A stretch of DNA of 64,000 nucleotides, from IMG/VR virus record IMGVR_UViG_3300032007_000073, positions 8,402 through 72,401 of that record, one strand, 5' to 3'. Within the stretch, counting starts at the first letter, position 1, and every line of letters starts with the position of its first letter. This document shows, piece by piece, positions 1-10,300 of this stretch. The DNA is from a virus (lineage: Duplodnaviria; Caudoviricetes). The translations under genes were made by a program, and so were the position numbers. The notes beneath the pieces are model-generated. The model had not been told where the DNA came from. It was given only the letters and a program-made list of their open reading frames with translations, and searched no databases.

Positions 1-350
1 GCAAGAGCAAACTTACTATTGAGTTTGAGAGTCCGCTTGATGAAGCTCAAAAAAGTGAAGAAGCTATAAAGCTTAACAGATTTTTAGAAACTATAAGCGG
101 TTATGCTCAAGTGTATCCGGATATGCTTAATATTGTTAATCCTACCAAAACAGCTAAGATTATGGCAAGAAGTATAGGTGTACCGGCAAAAGCACTTTAT
201 TCGGAAGAAGAACTTAAAACAATTGAACAACAAAAGATTGAAGCGGCACAAGCTCAACAGATGCTTGCTGCTATGCCTACGGTTGCAAAGAGTGCAAGCG
301 ATTTAGCTAAAGCGGGTGTTGAAGCTCAAAGCGGAATAAAATTGATTTAA
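1..350 (+). CDS. Podovirus portal / head-to-tail connector, C-terminal part (5'-truncated)
   Basis: Frame is open from position 3 (KSKLTIEFESPLDEAQKSEE...VYPDMLNIVNP...IGVPAKAL...EQQKIEAAQAQQ), so the ORF-track start at 111 is internal. The 'IE(F/Y)xSPL..AQ' motif and Q/A-rich tail match T7 gp8/BPP-1-type portals; it is followed by a Bbp19-like gene. Confidence 0.8.
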   Translation, partial: KSKLTIEFESPLDEAQKSEEAIKLNRFLETISGYAQVYPDMLNIVNPTKTAKIMARSIGVPAKALYSEEELKTIEQQKIEAAQAQQMLAAMPTVAKSASDLAKAGVEAQSGIKLI

Positions 351-370
351 AAATAAAAGGCGGTAAAAAA

Positions 371-673
371 ATGGGTGTATTAACATGGGCTCAAAGATTT
401 GTTTCAAGAGTAAGATGTTATCAAAGAGTATTTAAAAAGGATAATCCGGATGTTAAAGCGGTGTTATGTGATTTAGGGAGAATTGCTCCGGTAGATCCGA
501 CAAGTAAGATTGCAGAGCCGTACGATGCAAATAAAATAAAGCTTTATATTATGATCGGCAGAAGGCAAGTTGTATCTCATATCTTAGCAAAGATAAATAT
601 GACGGAAGAAGAATTAAGCAATATTATTAAGCAAGAACAGTTGAAGCAGCAGCAAGAATCTTTTAAAGGATAA
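371..673 (+). CDS. Bbp19-like small phage protein
   Basis: YQRVF...VKAVLCDL...GRRQVVSHIL pattern; the usual position directly after podovirus portals. Confidence 0.7.
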   Translation: MGVLTWAQRFVSRVRCYQRVFKKDNPDVKAVLCDLGRIAPVDPTSKIAEPYDANKIKLYIMIGRRQVVSHILAKINMTEEELSNIIKQEQLKQQQESFKG

Positions 674-677
674 AAAT

Positions 678-1559
678 ATGACGACAAAATTAAATTTGTA
701 CAACAAAGCTTTAATTAAGTTGGGATGCGAAACAATAAGTGCATTAACGGATAATACAAAGCCGAGAAGATTAATTGATGAAATTTATGACGGGCTTGTT
801 AAAGAAGAATTGCAAAGGCATAATTGGATTTTTGCTAAGAGTAAAGCTGTATTGTTTGCAAATGATATTTTGGAAACGGTTGAAAATGTTGCAGCCGTTG
901 CGGTTAGTGATGTTGTGTTAACTTATAATAAAAATGTGTTGACGATAACTGCTGCAAATACAGGTGTTTCGGGAAACGATATCGTGATAAAAAGCACGAA
1001 TAAAAAAGTTGTTTGCAGCGGTGATACTTTGGTAGGCGGCAGTGCCGACACGAAAGCTGCCGGAAAAATAACTTTTTATACGAATATGGATAAGGGCGAC
1101 AGTATAACTATCGGCAGTACTACTCTTGTTGCCGGAACTGTTTTTGAGATAGGTGTTAGCGGTGTTGGTATGTTGCCGAGAGTTTTTGAGTTGCCGCAAG
1201 ATTTGTTGTTGTTGCTTGAAATTGACGGATTTAATGCATTATCTACTTATCCGTATCAGTACGGTGCTTACAGACAATATGATGTTGCCGGAAGAAATGT
1301 TTATTGTAATAAAGATAATATAACTGTTTTATATACGGCTTCTATAACTGAAGATAAGTTTGATTTTAATTTTGTTAATGTTGTTTGTTGCAGAATTGCT
1401 TATGAGTTGGCGGATGTGTTAACTCAAGACGATCAGAAAAAACAAACATATATGAACGAGTATCTTTTGGCTGTTAAGGATGCCAAGAGAGTTAATGCAA
1501 TACAGTTGCCTAATGCTTCGTTGGGTAGCGGTGTTACAGAAAGAGCAAGAGTGTGGTAA
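678..1559 (+). CDS. Tail tubular protein A / adaptor (T7 gp11-like) with a ~105-aa insertion
   Basis: N-terminus 'LYNKALIKLG..I.AL.D....RRLI..IYD.L..EELQRHNWIFA' and C-terminal 'FELPQDLL...NVVCCRIAYELA.VLT...A.R.NA' are adaptor motifs. Confidence 0.8.
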   Translation: MTTKLNLYNKALIKLGCETISALTDNTKPRRLIDEIYDGLVKEELQRHNWIFAKSKAVLFANDILETVENVAAVAVSDVVLTYNKNVLTITAANTGVSGNDIVIKSTNKKVVCSGDTLVGGSADTKAAGKITFYTNMDKGDSITIGSTTLVAGTVFEIGVSGVGMLPRVFELPQDLLLLLEIDGFNALSTYPYQYGAYRQYDVAGRNVYCNKDNITVLYTASITEDKFDFNFVNVVCCRIAYELADVLTQDDQKKQTYMNEYLLAVKDAKRVNAIQLPNASLGSGVTERARVW

Positions 1560-1569
1560 GGGGGTTTTT

Positions 1570-2133
1570 ATGGCTGGTATGGCTATAGCTTCTACGATAA
1601 TATCTGTTGTAAGTGCTGCTGCTCAAGCGGCAAACAGTTATCAAAATTATCAGGCACAAGCACAAGCTGCAAGTGCAAATGCACAAGTTGCCGAAAGTAA
1701 TGCAAGAAATGTTGCTGTGCAAGGTAATTATGCACAAGATGCAAAACTTCGTGAAGGCAAACAGTTTATATCTAATCAGTATGTTAGAAATTTGGTTAGC
1801 GGTGCGGGCGGTGCCGGTACTACCGGAGATAGAGCTGTTGCCAAAAGTGTTTATAATTTGGAAAACGATCTTAATCTTTTATCTTATAATTTTCAAACAA
1901 AGTCCATAGATTTTTTAAATCAGGCAAAAATGTATAAATACGAAAAAAAAGTTGCTAAAGCTAATGCGGCTAATTCGTTGATAGGCGGCGGATTGGGTGT
2001 TGCAAACAGTATTTTTTCAAGTAAAAGTTTTGACAGAAACAGTGTTAGCGGCACAAGTACAGGTGGTGCTAATGCTGCGGTTAGTCCTCTTAACAACAAT
2101 GTTCCAACAAGAATAAGTTATTTTTATGAATAG
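1570..2133 (+). CDS. Internal virion (ejection) protein, gp14-like
   Basis: ATG at 1570 after a GGGGG RBS. Hydrophobic N-terminus, then A/Q/N-rich 'QAQAASANAQVAESNA' and 'GAGGAGTTG'; typical small podovirus ejection protein. Confidence 0.65.
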   Translation: MAGMAIASTIISVVSAAAQAANSYQNYQAQAQAASANAQVAESNARNVAVQGNYAQDAKLREGKQFISNQYVRNLVSGAGGAGTTGDRAVAKSVYNLENDLNLLSYNFQTKSIDFLNQAKMYKYEKKVAKANAANSLIGGGLGVANSIFSSKSFDRNSVSGTSTGGANAAVSPLNNNVPTRISYFYE

Positions 2134-2141
2134 GTTATAAC

Positions 2142-5100
2142 ATGGCTAAAATCAGAACTATTAAATCAAGTTTTAACGGTGGAGAAATTTCTAAACAGCT
2201 TTTTGGCAGAGTTGATTTAGAGAGTTTTATTGCAAGTAACAAACAAATGAAAAATGTGTTGCCTACGATTTACGGCAGTGCTATGAATCGTGGCGGTACA
2301 GTGTTTGTTAATGATAACATAAAACATTTTTTTGAAACTTTACAGGAAGTTACCGGAGCAACAAACATTAATTGTGTAAGTATTGATTATACTTTCAGCC
2401 GTTATGTGTTCGGGTGCGACAGCGGATATATTGCAAGGTGCGATTTTGATTTTACTAATGTTGTTGTTGTTCAGCTGGTGGATTACAGCAGTAATCCGTT
2501 AGGAGATATTTTGCAAGTTGCTCAAACAGGTTGGTGGAGCGACAGAAACAGCTATAAAGTATCTACTTCTACGGCAAGTTATAATTTTATACCGAGTGTT
2601 GCCGATTGGAGCAGTTATTCTGTTATAAATACTACGGGCGACACAAATGCAGAAAAGTTGTTTGATTTAGAGCCGTATCGTAATCCGTTAAGAAATACGG
2701 GTAAATTGGCGAGTTTTGACGGGTTGGTGTTAAGATTTTTAACTGTAAAAATCGGCGGAAATTTTGATATTACAGACAGTTGTATAATAAGCGAAAACAT
2801 AACTAACGATTTTGACGGATTTAAAATTGATGATAATAATTTTGTTTTAAGAAATGAAACAAATTTGTATTTTTATCATGACGGAAATGCTGTAAGTTTG
2901 GGAATTGAAAGCGGTACTGTTACAGGTGCAAAGTTGCAAGGCGACAATGTTTATGTTTATGTTTACAAGCAGATTAACAGCAAGTATTGTGTTTGCTGCA
3001 ATATTTACAGTTTTACCGGAGAGTTGGTAAAGCAGTTGATACTTGCAAGATATGACAGTGATTTAGGTATAAATAGAGCTATTGTTGTTGATGATAAGGT
3101 TGTTTGTGTTGGTACTGTTAAAAGTGTTTGTATATACAGAAGTACCGTTTTTGAGCTTGATTTTACCGGCACTTGTTTATCTTTGGCAATTAATATCAGT
3201 AACAATGCAATTGTGTTTTGCGATGGCAGTGATAATTTACATATTTTGGACAGTTACAGCTATACCGATACAAACACAAAAAGAGTATTGATACCGTTTA
3301 GAGTTAACAAGCTGATTAATTATGTTGTTGAGTTTGGTAACAATGTAATTAGATTTTATAAAAACAGAGAGTTGGTTAAAGACGGTAACGGCGATGTGTA
3401 TGAGATTGGCAGCCCGTACGGTATAACCGATTTGATTGATGAAGAAGGCAAGTTAAAAATAAGTTATGTGCAAAATGTTGATGTACTTTATATATGCAAC
3501 AAAGATTTTCCGATACAAGTGTTAAAAAGGTATGCAGATGACAGTTGGGTATTAGAAAATTTTATTATTGAAAAAGGTCCGTTTGGTGAAGTAAATACAG
3601 TTAAAAATATGGGTTTAAAATGTTCGGATCATACAGGATTGATAACTGTTGAAACAGAACTTGCTAATTATAATTGTAATGTTGTGCTTTCTTCTTCCGG
3701 TATAAAAGGCTCGTCAAATAGTACAAAATGGTATATTGATGATGTTGAAATTGCATCGTCTAATGAGTATTTGGATTTAAACGAAGCTGCAAGTTTGTTA
3801 TATTCGGTAACAAATCAAGAGTTGATTATTACCGTTCAAGGAAAAGGTTTTTATGTAGAAACTGCTACTGCCGGATATTCCGGTAAAGAATTAAAGTTAA
3901 AAAGATGGACTGCTTTTTATAAAGATACATACAAGGGTACTTTTAATACATCCGGTGCTTCGTTTGATTTGTTTAGTGATAAAGATATAGGTAGGGTAAT
4001 AAGATTAAATTATACGGATTTAGGTACTCAAATGTGGGAATCCGGTAAGAGTATAACTACCGGCGATATAAGAAAAAGCGGTAATAATTATTATGAGGCG
4101 ACATCTTCCGGTACAACCGGACAAATTAAGCCGATACATACAGAAGGTAGTGTTAGTGATGGCGGTGTAACATGGTTGTATTTGCATAGCGGGTATGGTG
4201 TTGGAACTATTTGCGATGTTGTAAGTGCAAGCGAAGTTAAAGTTAATGTTGACGGATATATGCCGGATTTTACAGGTGGTACTTATTTGTGGGAGTTAGG
4301 TATTGTCGGCGGTGGGGTGTATCCGAACTGTTGTGCTTTTTATAAAGAAAGGTTTGTTTTTTCTATATCTACCGATAAAGGTACAAAGATTTGTGCTTCG
4401 TGTGCGGGAGATTATAATAATTTTAGCGATAACAGTTTTGGTGATATTCTTCCGGAAAATGCGATAACTGTTCTTTTGCAGGGTAATCAAGAAAGTATGG
4501 TGTTGTGGATGGCTGCGATGAATAAGTTGTATATAGGTACAGCTTGTGAAGAATTTATTTTTGGTGAGCAAACTATTGCGGAAGTGTTATCACCTACAAA
4601 TGTTATGTGTGTTAAAGTATCTTCGTTAGGATCTGCGGCAATTATGCCGTTACATATTCTTGATGAACTTTTCTTTGTTTCCAATAACGAAAAACAAATT
4701 GCTAATTTTACTTATATTGCCGAGAGAGATAGTTTTAGACCGATGAACATTTCCGTTATGTTTGAGCATTTATTACATAACGGAGTAAAGTGCTGGACCT
4801 ATACTTGTGAGCCGTATAAAACTATTTGGTTTAGCGATAAAGACGGCAATTTAAGAAGTATAAGTTATGATGCGGATAATAAAGTTTGTGCCGGTGCAAG
4901 ACACGATATAGGCGGTAAAGTTGTAAGTTTGGCTGTTATACCTGAGCCAAACGGCAACTATGATGAACTTTGGATGATAGTTGAAAGAGTTGTTGACGGG
5001 CAAACTTGCTATTTTACTGAAAGGTTGAGTTGGGGATTGCCGCAGGAAAATGTTAGTAACGAATATAAAAACAAGTGTCAAATATACAGTGATTGTGCAA

Positions 5101-5570
5101 AGGTGTTTGAGTTTGGAGATAATGTTACGGATGTTTGCGGACTTTACTTTTTGGAAGGTAAGACGGTAAATGTGTTGGTTGACGGAAAAATACAAAATCA
5201 AAAGACGGTTGTTGACGGGACAATTTCGTTAGATGTTGCCGGAAAGGTTATTGTTGTTGGTGTGGGGTATGAGTGGTTGATTGAAACTCTTTATGTAAAT
5301 GTCGGTGCTAATGACGGGACTGCTCAAGGGTTGCCGCAAAGAGTAAGCAAGATAATTGCAAGAGTAATTGATACAAGATATTTTGAAAGTAAAGCTACTG
5401 ACGGAAACAGATATGAAGTTATTTGTGATAAAGATGTTTTGACGGATGATGATTTTGATGTGCATATACCTTCCGACTATTCTAAAGTTATGACACAGTT
5501 TTTTAAGGGTGATAAGCCCGTAAGTTTTTGTATTTTGATGTTGGTTGGAGAGATGAAAACTTATCAATAA
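2142..5570 (+). CDS. Tail tubular protein B / nozzle (T7 gp12-like), enlarged
   Basis: Starts 'KSSFNGGEISKQLFGRVDL'; has 'LIPF...YVVEFGNNVIRFY', 'SYVQNVDVLYI', 'YPNCCAFYKERFVF' and 'SCAGDYNNF' motifs. Confidence 0.85.
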   Translation: MAKIRTIKSSFNGGEISKQLFGRVDLESFIASNKQMKNVLPTIYGSAMNRGGTVFVNDNIKHFFETLQEVTGATNINCVSIDYTFSRYVFGCDSGYIARCDFDFTNVVVVQLVDYSSNPLGDILQVAQTGWWSDRNSYKVSTSTASYNFIPSVADWSSYSVINTTGDTNAEKLFDLEPYRNPLRNTGKLASFDGLVLRFLTVKIGGNFDITDSCIISENITNDFDGFKIDDNNFVLRNETNLYFYHDGNAVSLGIESGTVTGAKLQGDNVYVYVYKQINSKYCVCCNIYSFTGELVKQLILARYDSDLGINRAIVVDDKVVCVGTVKSVCIYRSTVFELDFTGTCLSLAINISNNAIVFCDGSDNLHILDSYSYTDTNTKRVLIPFRVNKLINYVVEFGNNVIRFYKNRELVKDGNGDVYEIGSPYGITDLIDEEGKLKISYVQNVDVLYICNKDFPIQVLKRYADDSWVLENFIIEKGPFGEVNTVKNMGLKCSDHTGLITVETELANYNCNVVLSSSGIKGSSNSTKWYIDDVEIASSNEYLDLNEAASLLYSVTNQELIITVQGKGFYVETATAGYSGKELKLKRWTAFYKDTYKGTFNTSGASFDLFSDKDIGRVIRLNYTDLGTQMWESGKSITTGDIRKSGNNYYEATSSGTTGQIKPIHTEGSVSDGGVTWLYLHSGYGVGTICDVVSASEVKVNVDGYMPDFTGGTYLWELGIVGGGVYPNCCAFYKERFVFSISTDKGTKICASCAGDYNNFSDNSFGDILPENAITVLLQGNQESMVLWMAAMNKLYIGTACEEFIFGEQTIAEVLSPTNVMCVKVSSLGSAAIMPLHILDELFFVSNNEKQIANFTYIAERDSFRPMNISVMFEHLLHNGVKCWTYTCEPYKTIWFSDKDGNLRSISYDADNKVCAGARHDIGGKVVSLAVIPEPNGNYDELWMIVERVVDGQTCYFTERLSWGLPQENVSNEYKNKCQIYSDCAKVFEFGDNVTDVCGLYFLEGKTVNVLVDGKIQNQKTVVDGTISLDVAGKVIVVGVGYEWLIETLYVNVGANDGTAQGLPQRVSKIIARVIDTRYFESKATDGNRYEVICDKDVLTDDDFDVHIPSDYSKVMTQFFKGDKPVSFCILMLVGEMKTYQ

Positions 5571-5593
5571 TTTAACGGCAAAGGAGTTTTGAA

Positions 5594-7318
5594 ATGGCTA
5601 ATGATATATATAAAAAAAATGTGTTACCGGATGGCACTGTAAGACCTATTGCAAATGCTGCAAGAGTGATTAATCCGCTTGAGCCGTTAAATGATACCGC
5701 AAGAATAGCAAATAATTTAGCTGTGCAATATAAAAAAATTGAGCTTGAAAATGAGCAAGTAAAACAGGATCAGTTTGAAAGTGATTTAAAATTAAAGCAA
5801 GCAGAGTTTAACAATAAACTTGAAACTATAACTAATCAGCAAGAGTTTGATAATGCTATAGCAGATTTTAACAGCAGTATAGATACTTTAGGAGTTAAAG
5901 TTTTAGGAAGCGAAGATGCTTATAACAAGTGGAGCAACGAGAAAGGAAGAAACTATAAAGCACTTGCGAATTTGGGTTATAAAAGTATTTGGGCTAAAAA
6001 TTTACAGAAACAAAATTATGCAAATATGGGTACTACCGTAAGTAATTATGCGACACTTGCGGCACTTGATCCGGCAAGAAAAGATGCTTTTGTGAAACAA
6101 GCCGAAATGGATATAAACAGTAAAGCTCTTACTACGGAACAGAAACTATCTTTACAAAACAAATTTAAAGTGGAGCTTGCCAATGCGGAAGTTGTGAGAG
6201 ATATAAAAAATAATCCGGGCGATGCTTTGGATAAGTTAAAAGCAATAACTAAAGATAAAGACGGAAATGTTAAAAACGATAAACCTACTTATTATGACGG
6301 GTTAACTCCGGTGCAGCGACAAAAGTATATTGAGCAGGCAAAAAAAGAGTATGATGCACAATTAAATACTTATCAAGATAAAAAAATAAATAAGTTAAAA
6401 GAACAGTTTAATTATTTGTATCAAAACGAAGGATATGACAAAGCTTATCAATTTATGCAAGATTGTGTTAAAAATGTTGACGATATAGTTAAACAAGAAA
6501 ATATAACACAAGAGCAATTTCAATCTTTTAGATCTTATGCTTCCGGTATGCTTAAAGAACAGAACTCTGATTATGCACAAGTTAACCAAAACAAGTTTGG
6601 CGATTTGCAAGTTGAGATGAAAAAGTTGGGTATTAAGTTAGATAAGAAAGGTGATTATGTTGTTGATTTTAAAGAAAAAAGAAATGTTGAAAGTATTGTT
6701 GAAACGATAAACAATATTGATGAAGGTATAAAAGACGGCAGTTATTATACCAATCAAAAAGCCGTAACTAAAATGAGAAGTGCTTTGAGAGTTGCTTTAG
6801 GCGATATGGTAGATAAAAAAGTTAGATTGAGAGATACGGATGTTGAAGGACAAACAACTTTTGGCGGTATTTTGAAAGGTAACGGAATAGGCGGCGATAC
6901 AACTGCAAGCGAGTATATTGCAGATAGTATTTTGAAAGTTTTAAAAAACAAAACAAACAGAAATAATTTTAATTTAGACAAAATTTCCGTTACGGATAAG
7001 GGCGAAATATTTGAGCATGTGTATAAAACAGCTATGGCTGCCGGAATAGATTTGAAATCTTATTATATAAACGATAAAGAAAAGATAGATAAAATAACAC
7101 AATCTGTGTTTAATTGGATGATACAAAACAGATTTGATGTGCCGCAAAAAGAGTATGGTGCTGTTATAGGTGACGGCAATATGTATGATACAAATAATCC
7201 TAAAGCTAACAGTAATATTGGAAAAAAATCTGTAGGGTACGGAAATTATGTTATTGACCGTAACGGTGTTATAAAACTTACAGATAATAACGGTAATATT
7301 ATTGATGAGGTAAGGTAA
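5594..7318 (+). CDS. Internal virion (ejection) protein, gp15-like position
   Basis: 574 aa, predicted alpha-helical/coiled-coil, between the nozzle and the largest virion gene. Confidence 0.55.
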   Translation: MANDIYKKNVLPDGTVRPIANAARVINPLEPLNDTARIANNLAVQYKKIELENEQVKQDQFESDLKLKQAEFNNKLETITNQQEFDNAIADFNSSIDTLGVKVLGSEDAYNKWSNEKGRNYKALANLGYKSIWAKNLQKQNYANMGTTVSNYATLAALDPARKDAFVKQAEMDINSKALTTEQKLSLQNKFKVELANAEVVRDIKNNPGDALDKLKAITKDKDGNVKNDKPTYYDGLTPVQRQKYIEQAKKEYDAQLNTYQDKKINKLKEQFNYLYQNEGYDKAYQFMQDCVKNVDDIVKQENITQEQFQSFRSYASGMLKEQNSDYAQVNQNKFGDLQVEMKKLGIKLDKKGDYVVDFKEKRNVESIVETINNIDEGIKDGSYYTNQKAVTKMRSALRVALGDMVDKKVRLRDTDVEGQTTFGGILKGNGIGGDTTASEYIADSILKVLKNKTNRNNFNLDKISVTDKGEIFEHVYKTAMAAGIDLKSYYINDKEKIDKITQSVFNWMIQNRFDVPQKEYGAVIGDGNMYDTNNPKANSNIGKKSVGYGNYVIDRNGVIKLTDNNGNIIDEVR

Positions 7319-10300
7319 TGAACAGCGAAGAAATTTTTAATAATATCAAAAATAATACAAGAACTACTGTAACAAAAGAGTTTGATCCGCAAGAAGTATT
7401 GAAAAGTATAGGATTGGATAGAACACAAGATATAGATAAAAATGTTGCGGATCAGAAGGTAGAGCCGCAATATGTTGATGCTGATAAGCCGAAATTTGTG
7501 CAACCGGAAAGAAGAAGTTATTTTGTTGCCGGAAATGCTAATAATAACGAAATAAATACTACCGCACAAAGACCTAACGAAATTGAGTATGAAGCGGATG
7601 TTGTTGATGATGAGAAGAAAAAAGATAATTATTTTGGATTGTCTAAACTTGCTACAAATAAAAAAGATATTGTTAAAAATGCTTTAAAGTATGTTGTGCA
7701 AGCTCCGAACTTGATACAAAATGCTGCAAATACTATCGGTATGTTTACCGGTAAAAGCGGCGAAGATGTTATTAAAGAAGGTGTTAGAGGTTTTGCCGGA
7801 AGTACTGTTGATTTTGCAAGTGCTATGACAAGATTTTTCGGACAGAATTATATGTATTTTAAGGGTATGAAAGATAAGTTGATAGATGAAGCTGCTAATA
7901 TAGGCAGTGTTTTGACCGGTGGAGAAGATTTTAGTGATGATATAAAACAAAAATATACAGATTTTTATAACAGAATTGACAGACAGACACAAGAGTTTAA
8001 AGATAAAACAGAAAGATTTTTGCAATATACAGGTATAGGTAAAACAGATAAAGACGGATTTATTTATGATTTGGTTGGCGGCGGTGCTTCTTTGTTGTAT
8101 GCGATTGGAGCAACGGTTGTAACTAAAAGCCCGGCATCTGCTGCTGAAGTGTTTGGAGCTTATCAGTACCAAAGTTTGTATGAAGAAGGTATTGAAAAAG
8201 GGTTTTCTCCTATAAAAGCAAGAAGCATAGGTGTTGCCGGTGGTGCGGCAGAAGGTGCTTTAGAGCTTGTAGGGTTGCATGTTTTGATTGAAACTCTTGC
8301 GGCAAGAAAAAGTTTTGCAAAGATTTTAAAATCGGCTGCGACTGAGTTTATTCAAGAAGCTTCGCAACAAGGTGCGGAAGAAATATTAGCAACTACTTCC
8401 GGGATGAGAACTGAAAGTGTAAGCGAGATACTTGCTAATGTTGGGTATGCCGGTTTGATTGGTGCTTTGATTGGTGGCGGCAGTGCTACCGTAAGCAATA
8501 CAAGATTTGTGCAAAAAATGATTAGTGATAGTGCAACAAAAGAGCTTATAAATATCGGTGTTAAAGATGAGTATGCCAAACAGATGGTAAATAATATGTT
8601 AGATTTTTCCGTAAGCCCGCAAGTTGCCGATGAGTTAAACAGTATGCTTAAAGATGAGCAAAGCCCGGTAACTTATAAAAATGCTGATCCGAGAGAAACT
8701 TATAAAGAGTTTGGTGATACAGTTAAAAAAGCTTTAGATCCGCAACAGAAAAGAGGAGTTGAGCTTGAATTTTTGCAAGAAAAGAAAAAGAAAATACAAG
8801 AGTATGCGGATGCTTTAATTAACAGCGGTAAGGTTGCAAACAAAGATGAAGCTTACAGGCAAGCGGAAAATGCTGTAAGTTTTTATGATGATTTAGTTAT
8901 GGAAGCTTACAATCAAGACAATATAAGACCTGCCGAATATTATAAAAGGTTTAATGTTAATGCACAGAGTGGAGATATTGAAACAGACGAAAGAAATATT
9001 GATGATAATAACATAAGTTTGGATGACAGTTTTAATCCTATAGATTTTGATGAAACGGAAAGGGCTAAGTATGAAGCAGAGATTGAAGGGTACGAAGATT
9101 GGTTAGCGGATGAACAAAAAAGAAGCGGTATTAGAAATAATTTTAAAACACAAAAAAATATTCTTGCCGATATGGGTATAGGCAAGATCAGGAAGCTTGA
9201 TAAGGGTAATGACAGGTACGGAGAGTATGAAGCTTTAAGTCCGAGAATCAAAAGCTCTTTTTTTACGGATGTGCCTACGGCTATGACATGGGATGAGGCA
9301 GAACATATATTGCAGCAGCATAACGGCGACAGTGCTGATATTTTTGATTATTTTGATACGATTGATAAAAGTGTACCTGTAGGGCAAGAGGGATATTTAC
9401 AAAAAGGAATTTTCAATAAAGTTTTGGCTAAAGAGAAAGAAGATATAAAACAGAAAGCTGTTGCAGACGGTACATTTTTGAAAGCTCCGAACGGTAAAGA
9501 CAGTAATTTGCCGGAGCAGCTTTGGTTGGTCGTTAGAACAAAAGCTTTTAAAAATTGGTTTGGTGATTGGTTGAACGATCCACAAAATGCAAGTAAGATT
9601 GTGGATGAGAACGGAGAGCCGAAAGTTTGTTATCATGGAACACCACTAAGTAGGAAACAGAAAACAAAAAATACCGGATGGTACACAGACGAAAACGGAG
9701 AAGAACATTATCGTAGGCAGGAAGCACCATTTAATATTTTTAGAGGCGGTGCATATAATGGTTTGATATTTTTCTCTACTGATAGAGCAAAAGCAAAAGA
9801 AATTGCTAATTATAGAAGTATGCATATTCAAGATGATGAAAAAGGAAATGAACAATGGACTGAGGAAGGATATGTTTATGATGTATTTCTAAATTCTAAA
9901 AATCCGTTAAATGTTGCAAATAAGAAAGTTGTAAATGAAATTCTTGATAGCATTGGTAATATTGAAGCATACGATTTTTATACTAACAAATTAACGAAAA
10001 TAACAAAAGATGAAGCGGCTGAGATATTGTCCGGAAATAACTCGTGGATGGTTGCAGAAACAAAACAATTCCTTGATGCAATTAAGGCACAAGGATATGA
10101 TGCTTTGCAGGCAAAGGATGAAGGTGTTGAATATACAGCTGTATTCAAACCGAACCAAATAAAATCTATAAACAACAGAGGTACATTTGATACAAATAAT
10201 CCGGATATATATTATCAAGCTGCATATCATGGTACTCCGCACAGATTTGATACTTTTTCTACCGATAAGATAGGTACGGGAGAAGGAGCACAAGCTCATG

